A stretch of DNA of 64,000 nt from positions 99,555 to 163,554 of the forward strand of contig JAGQYI010000076.1 in NCBI GenBank assembly GCA_020436165.1, given 5' to 3'. A program made the position numbers and the translations under genes. Below are positions 20,404-31,277 of the stretch, piece after piece; the first letter of the stretch is position 1, and the number at the start of each line of letters is the position of its first letter. Below the pieces are notes generated by a model. That model had not been told where the DNA came from. It ran no database searches and worked only from the letters and a program-made list of their open reading frames with translations. The DNA comes from Cyclobacteriaceae bacterium. Lineage in GTDB: Bacteria > Bacteroidota > Bacteroidia > Cytophagales > Cyclobacteriaceae.

Positions 20404-21618
20404 TTATTGTTTCTGGAATACACGAATGTAATCCACAATCATACGTTGAGGAAAAACTGTGGTAGCATCAGGACTGCCAGGCCAATTACCTCCTACCGCT
20501 ACATTAAAAATAAAAAAGAAGTTATTATGAAATTCGCTTAGTTCGGCAGGTGTAACATCTACTGTTTTGTACAGGTTATCATCTACATACCATTTTATAA
20601 AATTCTCATCCCAGGTTAATGTAAACACATGGTATTGGTCTGCAAAAACACCATTAGACAGAGAGTAACTATTATTCTGATCGCAGGTACAGGCGTATGT
20701 TCCATTATTATCCCAATGAAGCGTTCCATATACAGTAGCATCATTATCACCTCCTCCAATCAATTCCATAATATCTACCTCTCCACATGCCGGCCAGCCA
20801 ACTGTTGAAATATTTTCACCCAGCATCCATAAAGCTGGCCAAATTCCCTTTCCATAAGGTAATGCAGCTCTTATGTCTACTCGACCATACTTGAACTCAA
20901 ACTTGTCTTTCGTTATCATGCGGGAAGAAGTGTAGGACCTTCCTCCAAAATTTTCTTTTTTGGCCTCAATAATCAGGTTATTTTCGTAGATATAAGCATT
21001 TTCCCTACGGTAGTATTCCAATTCATTATTTCCCCAACCGTTGCTGCCGGTTCCAATCTCAAACGTCCAGTTAGCTTCATTAATTTCAGTTGAGTTAAAC
21101 TCATCCTGCCAGATCAAATCCATTCCAGAATAGCTTTCGGGTGTAGAATAACCAGTTTCGGGAATTACTGGATTAGGATTGACGATTACCTCTTCATCAT
21201 CGTTCAAAATAGTTATAGAAATCACTTTTTGTGCAATTTCAATGCTTGATGGGTTTGGGTCATGTATATTGATGAAAAACTCTTCAGTTTCTTCATGTAC
21301 ATCATCTCCAATAATGGTTATTGGAACTGAAACGGTTGTTTCACCTTTAGGGATCGTTACAACCAGGTTACTTAAAGCAACAAAATCACTTCCTGCGGTT
21401 GCAGTATAATCTTCTGTAGAAAGTTCAAAACTTACATCTTGCTGTAATGATTTATCTAAAGAGAAATCTAAATCAACAATTAAATTACTATTCGCTTCTG
21501 TTACCAGAGGAACCTCACTAAAACTTAGTTTGGCCGTTTCAACTACTTCATTTGAGGAACAAGAAAAAAATAAAAGCGAAGAGATAAGAAAATTGAGAAA
21601 TACAGAAGGCATTTTCAT
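20404..21618 (-). CDS. GH16 endo-beta-1,3-glucanase (laminarinase) with N-terminal Calx-beta domain, lipoprotein
   Basis: Lipoprotein signal (FFSCSS). Calx-beta-like segment (TATAGSDF…TIPKGETTVSVPI). GH16 catalytic ExDxxE-type region (GEVDIMELIGG). Confidence 0.85.
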   Translation of the reverse strand: MKMPSVFLNFLISSLLFFSCSSNEVVETAKLSFSEVPLVTEANSNLIVDLDFSLDKSLQQDVSFELSTEDYTATAGSDFVALSNLVVTIPKGETTVSVPITIIGDDVHEETEEFFINIHDPNPSSIEIAQKVISITILNDDEEVIVNPNPVIPETGYSTPESYSGMDLIWQDEFNSTEINEANWTFEIGTGSNGWGNNELEYYRRENAYIYENNLIIEAKKENFGGRSYTSSRMITKDKFEFKYGRVDIRAALPYGKGIWPALWMLGENISTVGWPACGEVDIMELIGGGDNDATVYGTLHWDNNGTYACTCDQNNSYSLSNGVFADQYHVFTLTWDENFIKWYVDDNLYKTVDVTPAELSEFHNNFFFIFNVAVGGNWPGSPDATTVFPQRMIVDYIRVFQKQ

Positions 21619-21691
21619 AGTGAATACAAATGTAACTTTTAAAATTGGGAGCCTCGCAATTGAAGCCCCCTGTTAATCAACCAAGTTATTC

Positions 21692-23419
21692 TTATTGTGC
21701 AACCAAATCCATGGTCCACCAAGCAGTACCATCCTGGTTTGCAGAAATATCAACAGAAACTTCTAAAGTTTGTGATGATCCTTCATCAAAATAAAGATTA
21801 ACTACGTAGGTAACAGATTGAGGTAAACTAGTATCACTCGAACTAATTTCTCCTCCGTTATACCCTTTGGAAAATCCTAAGAACGCACCTTCCCCATTAA
21901 CTGTAATTTTAGCTTTATCAGTTTCTGTGGCTTCTGTCAATGAAAATGTGTACCCTGTTGAAGAAGCAAATGCCGTAAAAATACCTGCCAAATCTGCATC
22001 TGGATGACATCCAAGTGGATCCATACCTGTATAACCATCTTCATAAATCTGGCCCTTAGAATCGTAATCAAAAGTTCCATCAGAATGGAAAATAAACTCA
22101 TCGTCAAACTGGCATGCTCTGTTGGTAACATCATCAACGCTACTTGCGAACCAGTCACCGCTTCCTATCGAAGGTCCAACTCTAAATGCACCTGCAACAG
22201 GTTTAAGTGTCCATGTTTTGCTTGATCCACCATGTAAATCGGCCGCTGTAGGATCGCTTATCCCGACATATACATCCTGTGTAAAATCAACAGTTCCGTT
22301 CGTATTTGTTCCAGTAAGTTTTACTGAATAAACACCAACCTCTGCATAGGTATGAGTAGGATTCTCATCTGTTGAAGTTCCTCCATCTCCAAAATCCCAG
22401 CTGTAAGAATCACATTCGTTAGATGTATTTGTGAACGTGGCTAATTTAGTTGCATTATCTACTGAAACTGTAAACGAAGGTTTTGGTTGTGGACCAACAA
22501 GTTCTGGCTCATCCGCAGCATTTTCATAGCTCACATATCTTGCTTTCCAATAATTCCCTAAGGAAGTGTAGTCAAAAATTACATCCAGGGTATCAACTCC
22601 AGAGTCACCACCGTCTGCTAATACAACGTTGAAGCCTTGACTCTCCTGAGGAGTGGTCACGTAACCATCAGTTCCTAATTTAATTAGTCCCATCCATGCT
22701 CCTGTTCCTATAAGGGTTATTTTGTTATTAGTAGCATCGAATGTATATGAATAATTATCTGAAGATAACCATGCACTGTAATCATTGCCATTAACAGTCA
22801 GGTTTTCAGTTGTAGCATCAAAACATGATTCCGCTAAATCAGCTTTATCTGTTCCATTGTAAACATCTCCTTCACCCCAGAAAGTACCATTATCATCATA
22901 AGCGAAGGTTCCGTCTCTGTAGAAGATAAATTCATCATCATAAAGACAGTTTCGTGAACCATCGTTTTGAAGATTAAACCACTGGGTCCAATTAGCAGCA
23001 TCAGGGCCAATTCCAAGCGATGCTCCTTCTCGAATTAATTTCCATGTTTTAGAAACATTTCCTGCAAGCAAGGTAAGTTGTTGATCAGGATCGCTTAATG
23101 TTACTTCCTGCGACTTTACAGAAGTAGTTCCATCGCTTGCAGTTGCTGTTAAGGTAACTGTGTATGTTCCAGCGGTCTCATATTCATGAGTTGGACTCTC
23201 TTCAGTTGACGTATTAGCATCTCCAAAATCCCAGCTATAAGAATTGGCGTTTTGCGAAAAGTTCGAAAATGTAACCAGTAAAAAGTTAGTGTCATCTACT
23301 TCGAACTGAAAACTAGCCACAGGGCCAGCAGCAGGCTCTTCTTTCTTACAAGAAGAGGTAAACAAAAATGGTACGAAAAGTAAAAGGTACCATAACTTGG
23401 TAAATTTGTTTAAATTCAT
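21692..23419 (-). CDS. PKD-domain surface glycan-binding lipoprotein (SusE/F-position)
   Basis: Lipoprotein signal (LFTSSC). Two PKD-like modules (WDFGDxxTSTxxxPTHxY…GxYxVxLT). Start moved to Met-19 (cat at 23417-23419). Confidence 0.7.
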   Translation of the reverse strand: MNLNKFTKLWYLLLFVPFLFTSSCKKEEPAAGPVASFQFEVDDTNFLLVTFSNFSQNANSYSWDFGDANTSTEESPTHEYETAGTYTVTLTATASDGTTSVKSQEVTLSDPDQQLTLLAGNVSKTWKLIREGASLGIGPDAANWTQWFNLQNDGSRNCLYDDEFIFYRDGTFAYDDNGTFWGEGDVYNGTDKADLAESCFDATTENLTVNGNDYSAWLSSDNYSYTFDATNNKITLIGTGAWMGLIKLGTDGYVTTPQESQGFNVVLADGGDSGVDTLDVIFDYTSLGNYWKARYVSYENAADEPELVGPQPKPSFTVSVDNATKLATFTNTSNECDSYSWDFGDGGTSTDENPTHTYAEVGVYSVKLTGTNTNGTVDFTQDVYVGISDPTAADLHGGSSKTWTLKPVAGAFRVGPSIGSGDWFASSVDDVTNRACQFDDEFIFHSDGTFDYDSKGQIYEDGYTGMDPLGCHPDADLAGIFTAFASSTGYTFSLTEATETDKAKITVNGEGAFLGFSKGYNGGEISSSDTSLPQSVTYVVNLYFDEGSSQTLEVSVDISANQDGTAWWTMDLVAQ

Positions 23420-23494
23420 GATTGTTTGATTTGTGTTTAACATGATTGAATAATTTTGCAAAGGCTGCAGCAACAGCCTTTGCTATTTTGTTAT

Positions 23495-25123
23495 TTATTG
23501 AAATAAACTTGCATCCGGGTAAGCAGTAAGTTTTTGATTAGTAACATCAATTTCCTTTTGCGCTATTGGAATCCACTCATCGTCAGCACTAAAATTTGCA
23601 CTACGCACAGGGTCGCCCGTAAAAAGATTTGAATTCGCTCTTCCTGAACGTACAAGATCGTACCAACGATCGCCTTCTCCAGCCAATTCCGCCCTTCTCT
23701 CATACCAGATGGCCTCAAGCAATGTCCAGCCTTCATCTGACATTAATTGAGAAACCGTTCTGAAGCTTCCAGTATTGTCACCGGGGCCTGCGGCTCTTTC
23801 TCTCACCATATCAATATAGGTTTCGGCCTCTGCATCATTCCCTGATCCACGATGCAACGCTTCCGCAAACATTAGCAACACATCTGCATAGCGAATTACA
23901 TATTCATTTGCATCAATTGTTAAGACTACATCACCACTATTGGGATTGGAATAACTTTTATAGATCGGATATTTTTCCTGCCAATAACCTGTATAATCCG
24001 ACATGTTTTGGTCACCCATATCAACATAGGATCCATTGCATGCGCCCGGGCTTACGGCCTCAATATCATCTTCTATTTCCTGAACTGAAAGTATCGCGGC
24101 ATCTCTTCTGTAGAAATCATCTGGCAAAAAAGAATCATACAAATTCTGTGTTGGCAACATAAAGCCCCAACCAGGTTTATAAGTAGGATGCTCAGCACAT
24201 AGACTACGAACTCCACATAATTGAACGAAAACATTTCCATCTATCCAGCTGTTGGGCCAATCCCAATTAGAAGGTGAAATATTGGAATGTTGAATTTCAA
24301 AAACAGACTCAACTGAATTATTGGTTCCGTAAGCAAATAATTCATCAAAATCGTCCAGTAGTTGATACTGACCTCCATCCACCACTGCACGGAAAGCATC
24401 TGCCGCTTTATCAAATTTTGCCACATCATCATTATCAAGGTCGGCCCAATACAAATATATTTTGCCCAGAAGGGCTTGAGCCGCTCCTTTTGTAATTCTT
24501 CCTTTTGTAGATTCCGAGTCAGTTAATGATAACAAAGGAATAGATTCTTCTAAATCCTTTACCATAAACTCAAAATTTTGCCGCATAGAGGACCTGGATT
24601 GAGAATAGTCATCAGGGCTCAATACATGATCCAAAACAACTGTGGGTCCATAATGCCTAAAGGCATCAAAATGATAATAGGCTCTTAAAAATTTAGCCTC
24701 TGCCTTATACCTGTTTATTGTAGCGGACTCGATTGCTATATTATTAAGAACAAGATTTGCCCGGTAAATTCCTGCATAACACTTGTTCCAAATCCATTGG
24801 CTTTCATTTGTTAGCGCTGTATTTGAAAAATCATCAAATTCTTGCCAGCCCGGCTGGTCATTATTGGAGGCATCACCTCCTGCATTTGCATTATCCGATC
24901 GAATTTCTCCGAACATAACAGGGCTTACCCAGTAACCTCCATTCATAGTCCACTGCAATGGATCATAAGCTGCTACAAGCGCATTAAATGCCTGCTCTTC
25001 AGTAGTATAGTAGTTCTCTTCCAAATACTTGGCTACCGGATCAACTTCCAAAAATTGATCTTTACAACTCATTGTGGAGAGTAACACTACAAGTGGTAAT
25101 ATTTTAAATAGTTTAGTTTTCAT
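23495..25123 (-). CDS. SusD/RagB family nutrient-binding outer-membrane lipoprotein
   Basis: Lipoprotein signal (LSTMSC). TPR-like SusD architecture. Immediately downstream of SusC. Confidence 0.85.
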   Translation of the reverse strand: MKTKLFKILPLVVLLSTMSCKDQFLEVDPVAKYLEENYYTTEEQAFNALVAAYDPLQWTMNGGYWVSPVMFGEIRSDNANAGGDASNNDQPGWQEFDDFSNTALTNESQWIWNKCYAGIYRANLVLNNIAIESATINRYKAEAKFLRAYYHFDAFRHYGPTVVLDHVLSPDDYSQSRSSMRQNFEFMVKDLEESIPLLSLTDSESTKGRITKGAAQALLGKIYLYWADLDNDDVAKFDKAADAFRAVVDGGQYQLLDDFDELFAYGTNNSVESVFEIQHSNISPSNWDWPNSWIDGNVFVQLCGVRSLCAEHPTYKPGWGFMLPTQNLYDSFLPDDFYRRDAAILSVQEIEDDIEAVSPGACNGSYVDMGDQNMSDYTGYWQEKYPIYKSYSNPNSGDVVLTIDANEYVIRYADVLLMFAEALHRGSGNDAEAETYIDMVRERAAGPGDNTGSFRTVSQLMSDEGWTLLEAIWYERRAELAGEGDRWYDLVRSGRANSNLFTGDPVRSANFSADDEWIPIAQKEIDVTNQKLTAYPDASLFQ

Positions 25124-25127
25124 GATC

Positions 25128-28100
25128 TTAGAAAGTAATGTTTAAACCAGCACCAACCGTTTTATTCTGAGGATAGAAACCTTTATCTATTCCGGTATCG
25201 AGTATCCAACCATAAGTCCCTATTTCGGGGTCATATCCTGAATAGCCTGTTATTGTCAGGATGTTATCAAACGATACATAAAAGCGAGCACGTTGGATTA
25301 GCAGTTTATCAAGAATTGTTTTGGGAATAGTATATCCCAGTTGCACATTTCTTAATCGTAAAAAACTGGCATCTTCTACATAGAAATCACTAGGACGTTG
25401 ATTCCCATTATTGTCAACTAATACCAGGCGTGGATAGCTGCCTCCTGTGTTAGTCTCAGTCCAACGATTCAACCAAGTATCCTGATAATTATTGTAAGAA
25501 ACATCCTGACGTTCGTAAACCCTATAAACATCATTGCCAATATTCGAATTAAGCAATACTCTTAGGTCAAATCCTTTGTAATTAAAGCTTAAATTCATTC
25601 CAATAATAAGATCCGCCCAGGGTTTACCAATGTCAGTAATGTCCAAATCGTCAATTACTCCATCTCCATTTACATCAACAAATTTGATGTCACCGGGTTG
25701 AGCATTGGGTTGAATCAAATCACCATTGGAATTGATGTAAGAGAAAACATCTGCTTGAGTCGCGAATATTCCATCTGTTTTATAGCCTCTGAAATATCCA
25801 ACAGGAAGTTCTTCGGTCATTTGGGTAATTACAAAGTTCCTAACAGGCCAAGGGTATCCTTGAATGGAAGGATTTTCACCTTCCCCAGCTACTTTTACTG
25901 CTGTGTTTTTATTGGTGGTTAGGTTCAATCCACCAGAAAATTTAAGGCCGTTCCATTCATCATTGTAATTAATAGCTAACTCAAATCCCTGATTTAACAT
26001 TTCTCCCGTGTTAAGAATAGGTGCATTGTTACCAACCAACCCTGGTATAACTCCTTGCATTAATAAATCCTTGGTCTTTTTTGAATAGTAGTCTAAATCA
26101 ATACCTACCTTTCCTTGTAAAATATCAATTTCAAACCCAATATCCCACTGAACACTCTCTTCCCATTTTATATCAGGGTTTGAAATTGCTATAGGAGCTT
26201 CTCCGAAGTATTGAACCTCATCATTTGGTCTCCCAAATTGATAGGTATAACGTTCGTTACTTATTACAGAGGTGTATTGAAGATCATTAATCCCATCATT
26301 GCCATTGATTCCCCAGCTTGCTTTAAACTTGGCGAAATTTATAAATGAAACATTAAAAAAGTTTTCTTCTGAAAAAACCCAACCGGCTGAAAATGAAGGA
26401 AATATTCCATACCTGTTATTTGGGCCAAACTTAGAAGAGCCATCTCTCCGAATTGAAGCCGTTGCAAGATATTTTTCTTTGTAATTGTATAGTGCCCTGG
26501 CAAAGTAACTTTGGAGTGTAATTCTCGGATTAGCAAGGCCATAATTTCTGGCAGAAGACTCTAGGCCTGCGCTGACAAACCACCAATTAGGGTCCAATTG
26601 TTGAGAAAATGGAATATCTTGGCGTGACCCTCCTGCATATTCACTATTAGATTCGCGTGCCGAAATTCCAAGTACTGCATTTATACTATGACTTCCAAAG
26701 TTTTTTGAGTAGGAAACATAATTTTCCCATTGCCAGGTAAATCCTGACGAATACCCCTGAAATGCCTCATTATTTTCATTTTGGAAGTCTACTCTGAAAT
26801 AATATTTAGGAGTAAAGGCGCTTTGATAGGTATAACTATAATCCACGGCAATGTCAGTCCTGAATGTTAATCCTTCTATAGGAGATATTTCAGCATAGAT
26901 ATTGCCCTGAATCCTATCTGACCTATTAAATCCATTGGATATAAATGTTCGTGCAAAAGGATTTATATATTCTTTTCCAACATAAGGTGATATAGCAAAC
27001 CCAAAGGTTGTATCGGTATAATTAGTATAAATTTCAGTTAACGGATCATAGTTAAAAGCATCGGCTAGTACAGAGCCAAAAGCATTATTCTCTGGTATAG
27101 ATTTTCTTTCACTATGTGTAATTGAAATATTCTCACCTATTGCAATAATCTTATTGATAGTCGATTTCGAATTGACTCTAGCTGTATAACGCTTAAAGTT
27201 TGATTTATCACCACCCACAACTCCATCTTGGTCCCAATAACCAAGACTTATATAATAGCTGCTTTTATCACCTCCTTTTCCAATTGAAATTGAATGATTT
27301 TGAGTTAGGGCAGGTGAAACAACCTCGTTCATCCAATTTGTAGTATTATACCCCTCTCCTACTTGTGGAAAATTAGTATTCAAAGATCCAGTTGAATTAC
27401 TATTTGCAAATTTTTCTCTAATGGCAGTAACATACTGATCTGAGTTCATCATTGTAGGTAACCTCCACGGTTTGGATGAACCTATAAATCCGCTATACTC
27501 CAAAGTAGCCTTGTCTTGCTCTCCCTTTTGAGTGGTTACAATTATTACACCGTTGGCACCACGTGCTCCGTAAATGGCAGTTGATGCTGCATCTTTGAGT
27601 ACCTCCATTGAGGCTATATCCGAAGGGTTGATGTTAGAAATATCTTTAGTTACCAAACCATCAACTATATAAAGTGGACTATTATCACCATTGCTCCCAG
27701 CTCCTCTAATAATTATTGTTTGATTTGAGCCTGGTTGTCCAGAAGCAGGTGCTACATAAACTCCAGTTACTTGCCCCTGTAAAGTTTGTTCAACGCTTTG
27801 AAAATTTATACCCTCCAGTTTTTCCTTTCCTACGCTAGCAACAGCCCCCGTTGATACACTCTTTTTCTGCTCACCATAGCCAATTACAACAACTTCACTT
27901 AATTCTGTAAAGTCATCTTCCAACACTACATTGATAACAGTTTGCGAGCCAACCGCTACTTCTTTTGGTTTGTAACCAACAAAAGAATAAACCAAAGTAG
28001 TAGTAGCATCAGGAACCATTAGTTTATAATTACCATCAATGTCGGTTACGGTTCCAACACTTGTTCCTTTAACTACAACATTTACACCTGGTAATGCCCC

Positions 28101-28196
28101 ATCATCAGATGTAACTGTACCACTTACTTCAAATCCTTGACCATAGATCAAAGGGTGCAAAAGAAGCAGTACACAAAAAAGTAAAAGTTTCTTCAT
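25128..28196 (-). CDS. SusC/RagA family TonB-linked outer-membrane transporter
   Basis: 1022 aa. N-terminal carboxypeptidase-like/plug domains. TonB box. C-terminal barrel ending GLNITF. Confidence 0.9.
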   Translation of the reverse strand: MKKLLLFCVLLLLHPLIYGQGFEVSGTVTSDDGALPGVNVVVKGTSVGTVTDIDGNYKLMVPDATTTLVYSFVGYKPKEVAVGSQTVINVVLEDDFTELSEVVVIGYGEQKKSVSTGAVASVGKEKLEGINFQSVEQTLQGQVTGVYVAPASGQPGSNQTIIIRGAGSNGDNSPLYIVDGLVTKDISNINPSDIASMEVLKDAASTAIYGARGANGVIIVTTQKGEQDKATLEYSGFIGSSKPWRLPTMMNSDQYVTAIREKFANSNSTGSLNTNFPQVGEGYNTTNWMNEVVSPALTQNHSISIGKGGDKSSYYISLGYWDQDGVVGGDKSNFKRYTARVNSKSTINKIIAIGENISITHSERKSIPENNAFGSVLADAFNYDPLTEIYTNYTDTTFGFAISPYVGKEYINPFARTFISNGFNRSDRIQGNIYAEISPIEGLTFRTDIAVDYSYTYQSAFTPKYYFRVDFQNENNEAFQGYSSGFTWQWENYVSYSKNFGSHSINAVLGISARESNSEYAGGSRQDIPFSQQLDPNWWFVSAGLESSARNYGLANPRITLQSYFARALYNYKEKYLATASIRRDGSSKFGPNNRYGIFPSFSAGWVFSEENFFNVSFINFAKFKASWGINGNDGINDLQYTSVISNERYTYQFGRPNDEVQYFGEAPIAISNPDIKWEESVQWDIGFEIDILQGKVGIDLDYYSKKTKDLLMQGVIPGLVGNNAPILNTGEMLNQGFELAINYNDEWNGLKFSGGLNLTTNKNTAVKVAGEGENPSIQGYPWPVRNFVITQMTEELPVGYFRGYKTDGIFATQADVFSYINSNGDLIQPNAQPGDIKFVDVNGDGVIDDLDITDIGKPWADLIIGMNLSFNYKGFDLRVLLNSNIGNDVYRVYERQDVSYNNYQDTWLNRWTETNTGGSYPRLVLVDNNGNQRPSDFYVEDASFLRLRNVQLGYTIPKTILDKLLIQRARFYVSFDNILTITGYSGYDPEIGTYGWILDTGIDKGFYPQNKTVGAGLNITF

Positions 28197-28401
28197 TAGT
28201 TGTTTTTTAGGTGTGAAATTCAGGTTCGAATATCAAAAAATGAGGCTCTCATTACAACTAATCATATACATCAAGAATACATCAATAGAAAAAACTAACT
28301 ACATTTTAATTACATCAATCAGTAATAAAAAATGCTTATATATAAAATATTAAGCTATTTTAGGAATCAAAACTATTTCTCGAAATAACAGTTACTATAA
28401 A

Positions 28402-31275
28402 ATGCATTTCATCAATAGAGTATTCTTACTTTTAGTTTTTCTTGCTCCAAGCTTTGAAATATATGCTCAAGTTGGTTTGCCGCTTACAAAGAATTTTAGC
28501 CCAGATGATTATAAGGGGGGGATACAAAATTGGCAAATAACTCAAGATGAACGTGGAGTGATATATGTTGCCAATAATTTTGGTTTATTACAATTTGATG
28601 GAAACGACTGGCGCTCTTATTCAATACAGGAAGCATCGAAATTAAGAAGCATTGCTATGGGTCCTAACAATATTATTTATGCCGGGTGCCAAGGTGATTT
28701 TGGCTATTATAAAACGGACTCTGCTGGTGTACTTACATACTATTCTCTTAAAAACAAGATACCAGAAGAAGCCAGAGGCATTGATGAAACCTGGAAAACG
28801 TACATTATAAACAATAAGGTTTATTTCTGCACCTTTTCAAAGCTATATGAATACAGCAACGATAAGATAAAAGTCATTTCATATCCTAAACCACTCGATA
28901 TTTCTTACTCAGTTAATAATTCGTTATTTACTTATGTTCCCGGTGAAGGTTTGAAGGTACTTGTAAAAGATAAACTTGTTGCCTCACCATTTGGATCAGC
29001 ATTTAAAAATCAGATCGTATCTGGAATCATATCCTTGCATCAAAACGAGTGGCTTATCACCACAATGCGTAATGGCATATTTGTAGTTGATAATTCTTCT
29101 GTAATGCCATGGAAAAAAAGCTTGAATAAACTTTTCTCAGAGACATTTATAAACAATGCGCTTTTGTTGTCTAATGGAAATATAGCAATTGGCACACAGC
29201 ACAGCGGAGTTTATATTATCGACCAACAGGGGCAAATACTTTTACATATGGATAAAGGGAGAGGCTTATTGAGTCGCACAATTTTGAGTCTTTATGAAGA
29301 TCAAAATCACAATTTGTGGGTTGGACAGAATAACGGGATTACGTTTGTTGAACTAAAATCACCTTTTAGTCAAATAAATGAAGAGCTGGGGCTTCCCGGT
29401 ACTGGTTATACAGCATTGCCAACAGAAGATAGTTTATTTCTTGGTACTAATAATGGTGTTTTTTTAGACACTAAGGGCAAAATAGAACTAATTGAAGGGT
29501 CAGAAGGCCAGGTATACAGCATCCAATCCATTAACAACACCGTTTTTGTTGGCCACAATAATGGTGCATTATTAATTGAGAATGGAATGGCAAAAAATAT
29601 TGATGCTTCTACCGGTGCCTGGATGTTCTTGAAAATAAACAACTATTTACTTCAAGGAACATATACTGGAATTAAAATTCGCGAGGCGGATAACCTAAAG
29701 GAATTAGGTAAAGTGAAGGACTTAAACGAATCGTCCCGAATTCTTGTAAAGGAAAACGATAGTACCATTTGGATGTCGCATGGATACAAGGGAATTTATA
29801 AAATCAAGTTTGAAAATTCAACTTTGACAAAGTCAAAAATCGAATTCTACAATGCGGAAAACAAATTACCTACCAACCTTTATAATTCGGTTTACAGAAT
29901 TAATGGTCAACTGAAATTTTCTACTCAGCAAGGAATCTTCGATTATATTGAAAGTACAGATGAATTTGAACTTGATACTAACTTAAGTTCATTTTTTATT
30001 GGAGAACAAATAAACTCACTCAAAAATGATATTTATGGTAATATTTATTTTATAACCAATAATGGTGTTGGATTCCTCGAAAAAACAGGAAAGTCAAAAT
30101 TTAGTAAACATACCAGTCCTTTTAATGCAATTCGCAATTTATTAAATGACGATTTGCCGAATATTAGCATAATTAGCCCTAATTTGGTTTTGTTTGGAGC
30201 AAAGGAGGGGTTTATTGTTTTCGATAGAAATCTTTTTTGGACAACAGAAAACGAAACATTCAATACCATAATCAGACAAGTAAGGTCTAAAGGAACCAAA
30301 AACGATTTACTGTACGATGGAAACAGTTCAATGAATGATCTGGATATTGATGAATCAAAAAGAAACTCCACCAAATTAACTTATAATAACAATACCGTTT
30401 CTTTCACTTTTGCTTCAACCTCCTTCAGTTCTACCCTGGCCCCGGAGTTTATGTATAAATTGAACGGGTTTGATAAAGATTGGCATGATTGGACTGAAAG
30501 TAATTTTAAGGAATATACAAATCTTAAAGAGGGCGAATATACATTTCAGGTTAAATCAAGAAATGCCAGCCATGTGGAAAGTGAAATCGCTAATTATTCT
30601 TTCATTATTTTACCACCCTGGTACAGGTCTTCATTTGCTTACATTGTTTATGCTATTCTAACTGTTACAGCACTTATAGGCTTCGTTTTAGTTATAGATA
30701 AAAGACATCAAAAAGAAAAAAGAGTACTTGAACAGAAACGCGTAACTGAGCTTTCAGAAAAAGATAGACAATTGGATACCATTACAAAGAAAAGCGAGAC
30801 AGAAATCAATCAATTAAGGAATGAAAAATTAGAATCAGAAATACGTCACATAAATACCGAACTGGCTACAAATACGATGCATTTGCTCAACAAAAACGAA
30901 TTTATTAATAGTATTAAATCCACTTTAGGTGGTGTTGTTAAAAAAAGTACCAATCAGGAAGTAAAAAGTCAAATTGGTAGAATAATCAAGAACATAGAAA
31001 AAAATATTGAAACAGATGGCGATTGGGATAGTTTTCAGATTCATTTCGACAAAGTGCATGGTGATTTTTCGAAGCGTATACAACAGGAATTCCCAAGTTT
31101 AACTCCACAAGACATTAAACTAAGTGCCTACCTGAGACTTAACTTATCCACGAAAGAGATTGCCAATCTATTAAATATTTCTGTAAGAGGCGTTGAAATA
31201 GCCCGTTATAGACTAAGAAAAAAACTAAATCTTGAGCGAAGTCAAAACCTGACAGAATTCATTTTAAATTACTAA
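28402..31275 (+). CDS. one-component transmembrane regulator: periplasmic two-component-regulator-propeller/Y_Y_Y sensor, single TM, cytoplasmic coiled coil, C-terminal LuxR-type HTH
   Basis: Signal peptide. Repeated beta-propeller blades. TM YIVYAILTVTALIGFVLVI. C-terminal …LSTKEIANLLNISVRGVEIARYRLRKKL. No kinase or receiver domain. Confidence 0.75.
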   Translation: MHFINRVFLLLVFLAPSFEIYAQVGLPLTKNFSPDDYKGGIQNWQITQDERGVIYVANNFGLLQFDGNDWRSYSIQEASKLRSIAMGPNNIIYAGCQGDFGYYKTDSAGVLTYYSLKNKIPEEARGIDETWKTYIINNKVYFCTFSKLYEYSNDKIKVISYPKPLDISYSVNNSLFTYVPGEGLKVLVKDKLVASPFGSAFKNQIVSGIISLHQNEWLITTMRNGIFVVDNSSVMPWKKSLNKLFSETFINNALLLSNGNIAIGTQHSGVYIIDQQGQILLHMDKGRGLLSRTILSLYEDQNHNLWVGQNNGITFVELKSPFSQINEELGLPGTGYTALPTEDSLFLGTNNGVFLDTKGKIELIEGSEGQVYSIQSINNTVFVGHNNGALLIENGMAKNIDASTGAWMFLKINNYLLQGTYTGIKIREADNLKELGKVKDLNESSRILVKENDSTIWMSHGYKGIYKIKFENSTLTKSKIEFYNAENKLPTNLYNSVYRINGQLKFSTQQGIFDYIESTDEFELDTNLSSFFIGEQINSLKNDIYGNIYFITNNGVGFLEKTGKSKFSKHTSPFNAIRNLLNDDLPNISIISPNLVLFGAKEGFIVFDRNLFWTTENETFNTIIRQVRSKGTKNDLLYDGNSSMNDLDIDESKRNSTKLTYNNNTVSFTFASTSFSSTLAPEFMYKLNGFDKDWHDWTESNFKEYTNLKEGEYTFQVKSRNASHVESEIANYSFIILPPWYRSSFAYIVYAILTVTALIGFVLVIDKRHQKEKRVLEQKRVTELSEKDRQLDTITKKSETEINQLRNEKLESEIRHINTELATNTMHLLNKNEFINSIKSTLGGVVKKSTNQEVKSQIGRIIKNIEKNIETDGDWDSFQIHFDKVHGDFSKRIQQEFPSLTPQDIKLSAYLRLNLSTKEIANLLNISVRGVEIARYRLRKKLNLERSQNLTEFILNY

Positions 31276-31277
31276 AA

